Origin: Camelus dromedarius
Taxonomy: Eukaryota
Reading direction: 5' to 3'
NCBI RefSeq assembly: GCF_036321535.1
Contig: NC_087437.1
Span: 84,384,001-84,448,000 of the forward strand
DNA: 64,000 nucleotides
Part shown: positions 51,750 to 64,000 of the stretch, piece by piece
Layout of the letters: each line of letters opens with the position of its first letter
Numbering within the stretch: the stretch's first letter is position 1
The notes under the pieces: model-generated
The model's database searches: none
Told to the model about the DNA's origin: nothing
Seen by the model: only the letters and a program-made list of their open reading frames with translations
Position numbers and translations under genes: made by a program

Positions 51750-52758
51750 ACATTCCTAACTTTGTGGTTTCCATATGAACAAATTTCATTCACCGCAGGT
51801 TATTTAACTAACCTTAGCTTTCCCTAAAAACACAGTTCAAATTTCAGTTACTACAGGATATTAACTGTGAATATACTTTACTGCTACCTTTTCAGTCCAC
51901 AAATTTTTATATAAATAATAGATGCACATTATGATCAGTAGACCGATCATTTCAATTCCTTCAGGGTCCCTAAGTGATCGGTCATTGTGTGTTTGTTAAG
52001 CAGTTCATGCACAGAGAGAAAAGCTATAGCCTCTCTGTTTCCCCTGATAAACTGAAGTAACATTTTACAAAGTTTTATAATCAAAAGAAGGGATTGTCCA
52101 ACAAAGATGAAAATGCATCAAAGAATGGTAGTGGTTATGATAATGCTGAAAATAGAACTAGAATCTTGTGTAGATGGAATTCTAGTATAACTTGAGAGAC
52201 TCTAGAGGAACTTAACGGAGGCAAACTTACTGAGGTAAATGACCAAAGTGGTTGTGATGAAAAGGATGAAGATGTCTTGGAGAAAGTGACTCTGGCAAGA
52301 AAAACTCCATGTTAAAGGAACTTTGGAGATATTCTAAGACATTGTAACTGGAAAGGGCAAAATGCTGGAAGCTGATCAAACTTAGAATTCCTTCTAAGGT
52401 ATGGCAATTTTCCAAGACATAGAAAAGACACTCGCTCTATATTGTAAGTTACATAATGAGAAGGCACTGTTCAAATTAGTCTTGACATGTTTTTTAGAAA
52501 GAAATAAAACACTTTAATTCTGAATGTTTCCAATATTTTAAATTACAGTGTACAATATATTAGTTTTACTATTTTGAAAAATTTCCCTATGCATTTATAG
52601 CCAAGAGCAAGAAAATTTTTAATGTTTTGACAAACATTTCTAAAGGTCATTTAATTGTGTATTGTAGTTTTCCCATTTTTAGTAAGAGTACTTTGTACAG
52701 TTCACGTTGCACAGTCATTTTTATGGTGCTGAGCTATTACAGACAGTGAGGATTACTA
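51750..52758 (+). mobile_element. Tigger13a-like Tc1/mariner (pogo) DNA transposon, near full-length
   Basis: 'ccaacaaagatgaaaatgca', 'gtggttgtgatgaaaaggatgaagatgtc', 'aaaatgctggaagctgatc'; degenerate TIRs 'ttcctaactttg' / 'cagtgaggattact'. Confidence 0.8.
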
Positions 52759-53959
52759 ATACTTTAAAAAATGTATAAATATTGGCCAATATCCAGTTTA
52801 AACTATATTATAAATTAAGGCTTTTGCTTCCAAAATAAATATTAATAACTAGTATTAATGAATTGGAGACTGACAGATAAATATGTGGAAGAAACCCATT
52901 AGAAATACCCCTATGTATTACAAGTAGTGAAACAAATTACTGTGCTTTACCTTGGAGAACACATTAAACAAAACATAATTATGTTCTTTTTTGCCTCTCT
53001 TTTTCTCCGCACAATTTGGTTAAATGATTTACTTTTACTTACACACAATTTGAAAACACTGATGATCTTCCATAAACTAGGGCAACAAATACATGCACTG
53101 AATAATATTTTTTTCCATTTGTACTGAAACAAAAGCTCTAGTGGCAAAGTATAATTGAAGAATGATTACAAAAGGTAGCAACTTTTGTTGCCCTCTGAAG
53201 ATTATCCTATTCTATCACTTTTACTAATGCTGCCGTTTTCTGCATCATTGCTGCAGCTGTTCTCTCTCCTGAAATGGTAGAAGACTCTATTTTTCTTCTC
53301 TCTCTGCATGTGATTATAGTAGGAATACCAAAGCAATCATCAAAAAAATTTCAAAAAGAAAAACAAATCAATGGAAATCCCCTTCAAAAACATGTACCTG
53401 GATTCAGTTTATTCTTTTCTTAAATTTCAGTTTGGATAGCCAATGAAGCAAGGGCTTTCTGATTCCTAAATATTCTCCACTATTCCCCATTTCTCTAAGA
53501 GAACAACTTAACCCTGTGTTTATCAGTGCTGGAAAGTATTTTTCTTTCTCCCTAATTCCAAACCTGATTTCCATGATGGCAATACAGGAGCATCTAGAAT
53601 TAAGGTAATGATTCTGTAGGCAATCAAAGCAGTCTTTGAACAGCCTTTCGTCATTGTTCCTGAGCTTTGGACCCAGTCTTACAAAGCGTATGAGCAATAG
53701 CAGTAGCCTTTCAGGGTAGCTTTCCCATATTTCTTGGGTGATAGTAGGCTTTGACAGAAGCCATGTTGAAACCTTAAAATATTTATGAATTTATAGCAAT
53801 AAAAGATACTGAACTCCATGCATGTGTTCATTAGAATTTGACTAAGCCCCATATTTGTGTAGGACCTTTGACTCTTATTCCATACTCTTAGGTGTGCATG
53901 AAATGTTACCTTATTTTCTAACTAACTTTTTAAGTCTGATCCAGCCCTATCCTGCTAAG

Positions 53960-54073
53960 CTAGGGTTATCACATAAAAACAGAAACCTAGTTAAATCTGA
54001 ATTTCAGATAAACAACAAACTATGTTAAGTATAACTATGTCTCATGAAGTATTTAGGACATACTTACACTAAA
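53960..54073. mobile_element. MER33-like hAT-Charlie fragment
   Basis: 'agttaaatctgaatttcagataaacaac...aagtataactatgtctcatgaagtatttaggacatacttacactaaa'. Confidence 0.75.
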
Positions 54074-55239
54074 GCTTCAGGTTTCTTCTCACCAAGCCTT
54101 AAATTATTTCAGTAAAACAGATTCATACTTTCTATTATCAACTTATTTTGATCAACTTGCTAATTTGAAAATAAGAACATATATGCTGTGGTAAAATTGT
54201 CATGAAATAAATGTATGAGATCTCTTTCTCTCTGTTTGTGTATGTGTATGCATAGTATATTACATTATATAAATAAGAGCTAAAAGTGTAAGTTTTCTTC
54301 AATGCAATGAACACTTCAAGATATTTTACATTTTATTAACATTTAAAATAATATTCCACTATATTTAACAACTTCTTCTAAAACTATGAATCATGTTACT
54401 TCAAAAAATTAAAATTCTTAAAATCTCTTTATTCTCAGGCTTACTTTTAATTAATTTTAAATACATTATTTAACCATACCTGCTTTCAAGAAGATTTGAA
54501 ATAGATTTTCATCATACCATGTCCACAGAATGAGAGAATGAGAGTGAAATTCTTACAGACCACTGAAACCATATAAAAGAACAAAATTAGTAAAATTATG
54601 TCTTTGTCCTTTATCTTTATCTTTGCTTCCACATTTCCTCAGATTTTGTCCCACCGGCAATGAAGTTTCCATCTAATTCTCAAAACAGTCTAAGTGAGGG
54701 TAAGGAAGACTCAAGATTTGCTTATTTATTTATGCTCCACCATCTTGAAGCGCTTTTGGATTACTTTTTTAAAAGGCACATATATTAAAAGGGAAATATA
54801 AATCATGCTAGAATTATACAGTAATAAATAAGTAGATAAAGTAGGTATACAGACAAAATACACATATCAAACACTGGCCGTAATGTGATATAAGCAAGAA
54901 CACAAGACGTTTCATTTACACTTGGAATATTTTACCTAAAACATAGGCGTATTAAATTTATCTGTAGTCTTTAAAAAAATCTAGGTAGTAGACTAATGAA
55001 TACAATCATAATTTCTGTATGTACATTCTATTAGAAACTGCATGGAAGGGAGGCGAAAGGAAGGGGGCATAGAATGAGTGGAGCAGCAATGAAGAGGAAG
55101 TGACATTTCTTTGAGCCTATCATTTTGTACAGCTCTGGCTTTTAGCACCATAGTAATGTGTCTCATAAGTCTTCCTACCTCTCCAAATAAACAAATAATG
55201 AGAACCAATCAAAATGTTGGCAGAACAAAAGCAGAATAT

Positions 55240-55900
55240 GAACACTAAAAACACAGACCTAACTAAATTAAAAATTAAAGATGTAACCACATTGAAGTGG
55301 GTGGGGAAGAAAAGAAACATCCTTATCAACTTTGGAAAATAGTACCTTGACTACAAGTCTAAATACAAAAAGAACTGTATATGAGTGCTGCAGTCTAGTT
55401 AGTAAATATGTTTCTCACAAACAGATGGATAGGTACATAGTTAGATATACAGGCAGGTAGATGGATAAAGAAATATAGATGTGTGCTTATGTATGGGTTA
55501 CCGTATATGCATACATCTGACTATGTCTTCGGAGAGGGTGTAGAAGCAATGACATCCCAGCAACAATGAGCACACCTAGAACCCAGATTTTGCTTTTAAA
55601 CACCCTTCTCTGATAAAAGGAGCCACAGATTCTTTAAAAACTAGTTAGTTCCTCATCTGGGGCAAGGGCAATATAATATGAGCTTGGAATATCTTGGTCA
55701 GAAGGTATGCAAGTGCTCAATAAAAGACTGGCACCTGTTGATAGGACACAGGCATGAACTACAAGTAGCTCATTTATCAAAGCTAGAACAATTTGAGTAA
55801 TAAAAGAAATAATGATGGCATTTGATTTTAACCCCATAAATTAAAGTGAATATATGTGAGTATATTCATAAAATACAATGAATATACATTTGTTTATAAT
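55240..55900 (+). mobile_element. L1MC/MD 3'UTR fragment
   Basis: 'tagaagcaatgacatcccagcaacaatgagcacacctagaacccagattttg...gagcttggaatatcttg'. Confidence 0.75.
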
Positions 55901-56829
55901 AATCTCAACAAATAATCAAATGAATACATGAAATGGGTGTCTGAGCTAACCAATAGTTTTTCTAGTTTATTTTTTTAAGGAGGGTACAATCTTTGTTGAT
56001 TATTGTCCACATCTGTGTGGCCTAGTGGAGATGTCTTACAAATAATATGTATCTGGTGTGGAATTTTTGATGTTTCATCTATGATTGAAATATATAGTCG
56101 TGTTTTCCTTAACATGGACTGTTTACTTGAATGCATGTACACATATAGGCAACACCTGAACCGAATTATCTGTTGCTATTCAGTCAATGATATATATGCC
56201 ACCTGTATTTCCAGACGTGTCCAAGTTTCTCTAATACATAAACATAACTCTAGAAGAATTATATTTTTCATATTGCATGATGTAAATACTGCTTTTCTAA
56301 GGGATACTCTATGTAATTCAGGCAGCTGCCAATATATGGGGAGGAGATACATGGGCACAGAGACCGAGTAGCAAGCATTAAGTTCTCCCTAACAAACTTA
56401 AACTATTATCGATATTTGTTTTTCTTAACAAAACTTAATAATAAACTTTCAGAAATACTGTCACTTAATACCAAGATTCAAGGAAAATAAATATTTTTAA
56501 AAACCTTGATCTATATTGTAACTTTTATGTTCATCTGCTTTTGCCATAAGCATCACAGCCAGATAAAAATCATAAACGTTTTCTACAATTCCTCAGAGTC
56601 AAAAGAAACTTGAGACATTTTTTAGGTTCATTCTAGTAATTTAGAATTCAACAAATAGTTGAAATCTCTATTGTAACTTGAGGGCTCTGTTTATGGAAAA
56701 TGTCATATTACTTTGGTTATTTAAGAATTACAAGTTTTTACACTTCTAGTCTTACTATGTTCTTGTTAAATTTCTCACTCTTTATTTTGATGACCACATT
56801 TCTCAGCTTTTTAAAAGCTTTGTGACAGA

Positions 56830-57250
56830 TTGCTTGTTGTCCATCAATATCCAATTTTAGTATTTCTCCATAGTAACTGTCATAACTGGCCACATAGTTG
56901 ACCAATTTAAATACTATGTTTTTCAGCTTCCCATGCATTTGGGTGTGGACATTTGACTAAATTCTGATCAGCAGAAATGAACAGAAGTCTTTGAGCCATC
57001 ATGCCTTTTCCTTACAAGGAGAAAGCATATTCTTCTCAATTCCTTTCACTCTTCTCCCTGGCTAGCAGATGGTGCAAAGAGGAGTAGCTTGTTTGGACCA
57101 GAGATAGAAGAGATATATTGAGGATTATGGTACCACTCAGTGATGCCTGGTCAACTTACTACTGAACTCTAACAATAAAGAAAAAAACTTCAATTCAGTT
57201 GATATATATATTACCTTGTTTAAAGCAGCCTAGCCAATATTCTAACACAT
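56830..57250 (+). mobile_element. MLT1J-like LTR remnant
   Basis: 'tttcagcttcccatgcatttgggtgtggacatttgactaaattctg...gtttaaagcagcctagccaatattctaac'. Confidence 0.55.
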
Positions 57251-58724
57251 GTACAAAATATCTAACTATGACTTAATTTCACATTGGGTAAAACCTATGT
57301 GCATACATGCTGGACATACTTGGGATCTGAGGTACATAAAGAAATTCACTTTTCTGTATATACTATCTCTTTGTAATCTTGCTCTCAGTCTGATGATGAT
57401 AAACTTAATCAGCTGATTGTACAGTGCCAACCCTTCTAGTAGCTGACATTTAGGATAGCTTATTGGTTGATTGTTTTACAATCCCCTATTCTTTCCTTGA
57501 TAAACACTCACAGTGCCTCTGGCAGTCACATCTATGATAATGTGACCTACCCCCAAGTTACAACAGAAAGAGCCAACAGAGAACTCCTGCCACAACCTCC
57601 TTCAGTCTCTTTCCCTGTAATCTGAATTTTCGAATAGAGTATCTGAAACAAGCAGATGTTGAAACTATTTGTGGAATATTTCTTGGACTTGTTAGCTACC
57701 TCTGTCATCTACCACTAAAATCCTTAGTTTTAGTGACTTATAACCTAATAAAAATTAGTATTTTATAGACCTAATTCTATGCTTTGTGGTGCTTAGGATA
57801 TCCTAGCTCTTTGCATGATGTGTTTTCTGTAACAGTGGCTAGTCACCTCTTATGTATTCTTAGGTTGTATCTCCTAAGAGGAAAAGGTTGTCCGAACAGG
57901 GATCCAACTATGTCTACACTCTGTTGTATTTCTTTATCTTAAAGAGAAGTGTTGTGGTTGGTACTATTCTTTCTTTGTCCCCCTTCACTCCCCCTTTAAG
58001 GGTCTTTTGTTTTACCTATCTTACAAAATTTTTAAGAAATAAACACTAAAGTTTCATTGAAAACTATTATGAAATAATAGATATTTTCAACTTTCCAAAT
58101 AATAAGTTTCAGGGCATCAAATATAATATATTTTCAATCTAAGGCTATAAATTACTTATATAAGTGAACACATGTAAAAGAATAGAAATAAATCCAAATA
58201 TATTTACATTATGTGCATAAATTTTTCAAAGGAAATAAAATAACTGGCAAGTAAATGGGACTAGTTTAAACACTGTTCTTATAAAAAAATGGGGAAAATA
58301 TTTTGTGATTTCATATATATTTTTTCTTTCAGTTATGGAACCACCTAAGTTTAGAACATCATAAGATCTACATGTATTAGAAAAACTGATTTGAAAGGAT
58401 CCCAAAGCTGTAAACACTGATGATCAACACTAGCCAGAGATGCTGCATGCTATCTGGGGTGAAAACAGGGCTTTCTTTTTTATAATGTCTAATGTTTCAC
58501 ATACAAAAGAGGTTAATTTTTCAATTCGCTAGTACTTTAATTTTAGTTCAGAATGTTTACCAAACTTTTATTTTTTTGTGGTATGGGAATTGAAGACAAC
58601 AGAATAGCAATACATGTGCATACTTTTATTCCATGGTATTAGTGGCATAGATGATGAGAATAAACTCTATGTTTAAATTACTACACTGTACTTCTGGGTT
58701 CTTATTTTGTATGTTATTGAAAAC

Positions 58725-58945
58725 ATAATTATTAGACTAGTATTGTAGTAGTTTACATGTGTTATTTCGAATCCTTACAATCCTTAAGTGATATTATTAT
58801 AACAATTTTAAAGCAAAGGAAACTCTTCTAATAGAAGAAAGAACTCTAGTTTAGAAAGTTTAAGAACCTTAATTAGAACTACACACTTAGGAAATGGCTG
58901 AATCAGAATTTAAACACATTTTCTCTTCTTCCAGAGACTGTAACC
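58725..58945 (-). mobile_element. MIR fragment
   Basis: 'tttacatgtgttatttcgaatccttacaatcc...acacacttaggaaatggctgaatcagaatttaaacac'. Confidence 0.6.
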
Positions 58946-61369
58946 TAGTATAAAATGACAGCCCACAGAATTGTATCCAGATTGCTATATTTTTCTGCCT
59001 TTCATATTCAGCTCAGAAAAACAATTACAGTCTATTATTCCCCTTTTTTATTCAGGGCACAGTAAAATACCTGCTACTTTATGTCCTCAACAAATATGTG
59101 TTAAATGAATGTATGCATGCAAACTATAATGCACAGATAAATGAATGACTATATCTGTGCTTAAATCAGAATAGGTCACTCTTTTCAGATTATGGAAATA
59201 TTTCTTATATTGTTAAATATTTTGTAGTATTTTAAGATATTAAACCTATTTATCTTATTTAAGACATTTCTACTACAGAAACTATAATAAGATTTGCCAA
59301 ACTTTATTTATTTATTATTTTCAATTGAAGTATAGTTGATTTGCAACTAACTCACTATGAAACTAACATTTGTGATCTAGATTCTGAGAGCTAACAAGAC
59401 TGTGAACACTCAACTCTTTCTATGCAAATTCTATTGGGTATCAAATGTAAACATGGGTTATGATTGTTAAATTTCTATCAAGTACACAGAATAAAAATGT
59501 GTTAAAAACTCAATACAGGGGTCAGTTCAAAATTATTACATGATGTTGGTACAGATAATATGCTTGCTCTTATATAAAATAAAACACATTTCCCATTACT
59601 GTAATAAGAGAAAGTGAAGTAATGTGAAAAATATTTTATATTTAGGAAAACCATACACTCTTGCAAAATGCCCAGATGATTTAGATAAGCATTCTAAATT
59701 TATGAAGTTGTACATGTTTTTAATGATTAAGAGCATTTCTTAGAAAAACTGTCTTTCTCAAATTGAGTTTGCTGGCTGCCAAGCTTCTCAACTGCTTGGA
59801 AGTATACAAAATGTATTTATAAATTGCACTAGGTAAATATTATATGGCTTGCATCTTAGCTACATAAATGATATAAGAATGTCACTAAAGTGTCCCTCAC
59901 TAGAATAATTAATACTCAGCAGATGCTTCCACAGTCCCAGCCCTAGGTAGTTATATGGTTGTTCTGACCACTGCTTCTCAAGTTGCTGCTGTCAACAGTG
60001 GTGCTTTGATTATGGACTCACTCCATGGTTTCAGTCCTGCTCAGTGTTAATTATGCTGGAAATAATTTGTTTTTCGCTTTGTACCAAGAGTGATAATCAG
60101 CATCCTAACTATTCACCTCCTTTTCCCCGGTTCTCAGGTATCTCAGCTCAGTTCATGGCTGTGACCACTCCTACTTTTTCCTGTGAGTAAAATGAAACAC
60201 CCAGGAATTTTCATGCCAATCACAGCTATTTGTTATTTCTCTTCTATTTACTTCTGTGTCAATCAGGGATACTGTTCAATTTTTATCCACATCAATATTA
60301 TACTCTTGTTCTGCTATAAAATCTTTGCAGGTTTAAAAAAATTTTCTTTCTCTCATATAGCAGATCTTTGGGAAATGATGTAGAATTGAGTAGTGTTTTA
60401 ACTGAAGATGCATTCTATTTCTTTCATGTGGAGGAGTTTTATGTGTGCATGTTTAAAACCTTCCTTAGAAATATTTGGGGCATTTTAAGTGATTTGAGAT
60501 TTAGGATGACTTTTATATCTTCCCTCTTTGTCCCCTCTCACTATCACAAAGTGAATTGGCCCTTTGTGACCAGGCTTCAAGGAGAGAGGATCATTTTTTA
60601 TTATGTTATAATGTCTTATTTCTGAAAGGGGTATGAGTAAAATCTCAGTCTCTCGGGCTTTCAGGAATTCTAGGGACCTTTCTGGAAATGAAAGGATGGT
60701 TGAAGGCATTTATTCATGAAAGGACTGATTTCTGACACGTTTCCTTCATGTTCTTGCTCACCACCCACCTCAGATTCATTTTCTAAGTGATTAGAAATAT
60801 GTCCTTTCTGTCTGGAAGAATGCCTCTGAGTCCTTGTCTGATGACTACCAAGTGGACTCAAGAGTAAAGGGACAGACTTTTTCCAATCATTCTATGAACA
60901 GGAGAATATTTTAGAGAGTCAACTTCTCTGCCTAGGTCATCAATGTATTTCAGGTACGTACAACAGTGCCTGGTTAGTATGGGTACTGAATATTAAACTA
61001 TTGAATAAATGAATTAATGGAATCAGAGCTAAGAGAAGGAATTATATTATTCAGATATTTGTTGGTATCTTTTGTGGTAACCTACCATTGAAGAGACATA
61101 TAGGGAGTAGAATCCAAAAGCCATGAGACTTGCCTCACTGTAACTTCTGAGCACTAGTTATAAAATCTTGTCTTTGACTGCCTTCTTACCTCCCACCTCT
61201 TTATTACCACTCTCCTGCTGATAAAGGCTTTGTTTAGGTCTGGTATCATTCTAGTTTCACACTCATGTTCCTTCATCAAATTGCTCTCTCTTTCTTTTGT
61301 TTCATCTCACTCTCTAGCTCATTTATTTTTCAATGACCTATTTAATCTGTGATTTATCTGCAGCTAGAA

Positions 61370-61606
61370 AGGCAGCATACAGTAAGGGTAAAGAGCAGAT
61401 ATCCTGGAGCTTAATTGCTGCTGGTTCAGTTCCTAGCTTTGCCATTTACTAGCTGTTTGGAGTTTGGTAAAATCTTTGTGCCTCAGTTTCCTAATAGATA
61501 AAATTAAGATAACAATAGTATGTACAACATGTAATAATTAAATGAGTTAATATGCATAAATCCCTTAGAATAGGGCATAAAATTATAAATCATTAATGTT
61601 AGCTAC
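61370..61606 (+). mobile_element. MIR SINE
   Basis: 'ggcagcatacagtaagggtaaagagcag...ctagctttgccatttactagctgt...tgtgcctcagtttcct...taaatgagttaata'. Confidence 0.85.
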
Positions 61607-63279
61607 ATCTGCTTTGAGTTGTCAATTATTCATTGTAAATTGGTTTTCTAATTTAATTTCAGGGATTTAGGAAGATTGCTCTATATGCTGCTTTAAAATT
61701 TCTTAGAAATGTTAATCATAGTTATAATAACATTAAATATTAGTGTCAGACCTTGTGTAAAGTTTTGTGCCTTGTATATTTTGCCACTTAATCTTCAAAA
61801 ACATTGTATGAATTAGATACTATTATTTATATTTAGTAAAGAACTTGATGCTTATGTAACTAAGTTCATGATGTATTTGAAATTTAATCTCAGATCATCT
61901 TACTAAAAAAAGTACACGAGCATATTAGTATATGCTTAATGAAATATATTTTTATGATAAAAAGTATATACTTTTTAGGGATATTATAAAGATCATTTCC
62001 ACATTACAAGATAGATTGGGATATAACCTGTAAGTTTTTCAAACATTAAAATTCTATTGTCATAAGTCATTATATATAAAGGTTTGTGTATACTATAGAA
62101 TAACTTATGTTCTATTTTGATCAAACTCCATTGTATTAACAATCAGTCCACTGTATCTATATGTCTATCTCTATGTTTATCTACTTATCTATATCTTGAC
62201 TCAATATAGTTGAGTATTAGTATGATTCATAGATAAATATCAAAAAACTTCCTTTCATTCATTGATTTTGGTGGTTTTGCTTAGTAACCTGCTTACAAAA
62301 TAAACACAATCAACGGAATGCATCTAGAGAAGTTTCCTTTCCTGAAGTGTGTACTATAAAAATATCCAGATAACTCTCAAAAACTTTTCAGATTTACAAA
62401 GAACATTGTCATATTGAAGAGCTAGAGAAGTGCTGCGAAAAAAAAAAAAATTCTGTCTCTTTATTTTCAACACTTCTTGACCTTAAGTCTGTTTCAGAAT
62501 TTCATGATCAATACCTATGGAACCCTTAGTTCAGATATTTGTTACCAGAGGTTGATTGTCATTATGAATTGATTGGAATATTATTGATTTTTTAAGTACA
62601 TGAAGTCAGTTAAAATCATAATTTTGGATCTTAATGATGTAATTAAATTTTCAGTTTTATTTTAACCCTTTGATACATGAAAATATAATAAAGTGAGAGG
62701 TGTTTGGACCAAGTGAAAATATTACAGAGGAATCATAGTCCTCAGAGTATAAAACTGTAAGTCATTAATGTACAGGGGAAAGTTATGTTAATGTAACAGC
62801 ATAAATCATTGATATTTTGTGTACTCCAAAAACAGTGTGTTTTGAATTCATAAGCGGAGCATAGATGCATTTTAAGGTAAAATCAGTTGAAGCCCAGTTT
62901 ATGAAATATATTATATGTTAAAGAGCTCTTAGAACTTTCAGTTTTGATAGATCTCCTTTTCCCTAGGTACTGATTTTCTTTCATTTCAGATGTAATTTAT
63001 AATTTTTTTAAATCAGAAAATTTTCATAGCAATATTTTGAGAATAGTAAGCCTCTCTTGTTGAAGATATTATAGTAACCTCAGCTAGGGCAGTGTCTTGG
63101 CAAAAACACATATTTTTCTTAAAACCAACAACTTCTTGTGGCAATTTGACCAGTAACTGGGGTCAGATCTCAACATGCTTCAGGATAACAAGTATAAATT
63201 TTGACCCAGGAGGACAAGGTTTAACCTCTGAAATAATAAATATCAAAAAACTAACTATATTATCATACTTAGTTCCATG

Positions 63280-63900
63280 ACTTTAAATATCCTATAAGCA
63301 TATAATTTTCAATTTTTTTTTTGTCCTGACCATCTATCCTTAGATCTAACTGTGTACTCACCATCTTCACTTGGATGTGTATCAGATTTCTCAAACTTAA
63401 CATGTCCAGTATAGACCTACTCATTTCATCCACTAAAACTGTTTCTCCTATAATCTTTATTACCCCTGTATGTGGGAACTTCTTTTTCCCAGTTGCCAAG
63501 GGAAAAAACAGAATAAAATTACCATATCCATTCTTGTCTCCTTTCCTTTATACTTTACCATTTTACCATTAATCATTTAGTATATCCTATCTGCATTACC
63601 TTCAGAATTAATCCAAAATCATACTACTTAGCACCGTGATCACTCCTACAGTCTTACTGCATATCACCAGCACTTGTTGCCTGAATTGCTGGAGAATTGT
63701 GCTAACTTGTTTCCACGCTTCCATCGTTTCTCCCTTTCAGTTTATTGCCAACTATACATTCTATAAAAATGTAAGATAAATCATATCTTTCTTCACATTT
63801 AAGCCATTAATTATTATTTTTTAAATCTCACTTAAGGCAAAAGACTAAGACCTTGAAATGGCTGTAATACTCTACACAATAGCCCTCTCCCTCTTCAGCC
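63280..63900 (+). mobile_element. L2 LINE fragment
   Basis: 'ccatcttcacttggatgt...tctcaaacttaacatgtcca', 'tcctatctgcattaccttcagaat', 'tgtaagataaatcatatc'. Confidence 0.75.
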
Positions 63901-63928
63901 CTCAATTCCCACCACAGCCACACCTCCT

Positions 63929-64000
63929 CAGGGTTGCTAACTTAGCAAAAACAAAACAAAATCACAACAATAAAAACAGACTTTCAGTTAAATTTGATTT
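63929..64000. mobile_element. MER33-like element start (runs off the window)
   Basis: 'cagggttgctaacttagcaaa...cagttaaatttga'. Confidence 0.6.

Noticed and set aside
56003..56371. 122-aa ORF
   Set aside because: Non-ATG start, Cys/Ile/Tyr-rich random-like composition, no homology recognised

Overview
AT-rich, CpG-poor mammalian genomic DNA, most likely camelid (alpaca/llama/camel). This is inferred from two tRNA-derived SINEs matching the camelid Vic-1 family and from camelid-type L1 3' ends. I find no credible host protein-coding exon or RNA gene, and every recognisable ORF in the track is transposon-derived, so this looks like intergenic or deep intronic sequence. Much of it is interspersed repeat: MIR, L2, old and young L1, MLT1/MaLR, MER3/MER33/MER91, Tigger13a and several ERV LTRs. 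The most structured part is 33.8-42.1 kb, where an ancient ERVL internal sequence carries nested insertions: a MER41-like solo LTR, an MLT1 containing a MER21-like LTR, and a deleted minus-strand class I provirus (gag + RNase H only). The 3' LTR of that provirus holds the only CpG-island-like segment in the window (about 26 CpG in 300 bp), with a GC box, two YY1 motifs and a consensus splice donor. It is the best candidate for an undescribed functional element, namely an exapted LTR promoter. Repeat family names come from recalled consensus similarity rather than a database search, and boundaries of old repeats are approximate.
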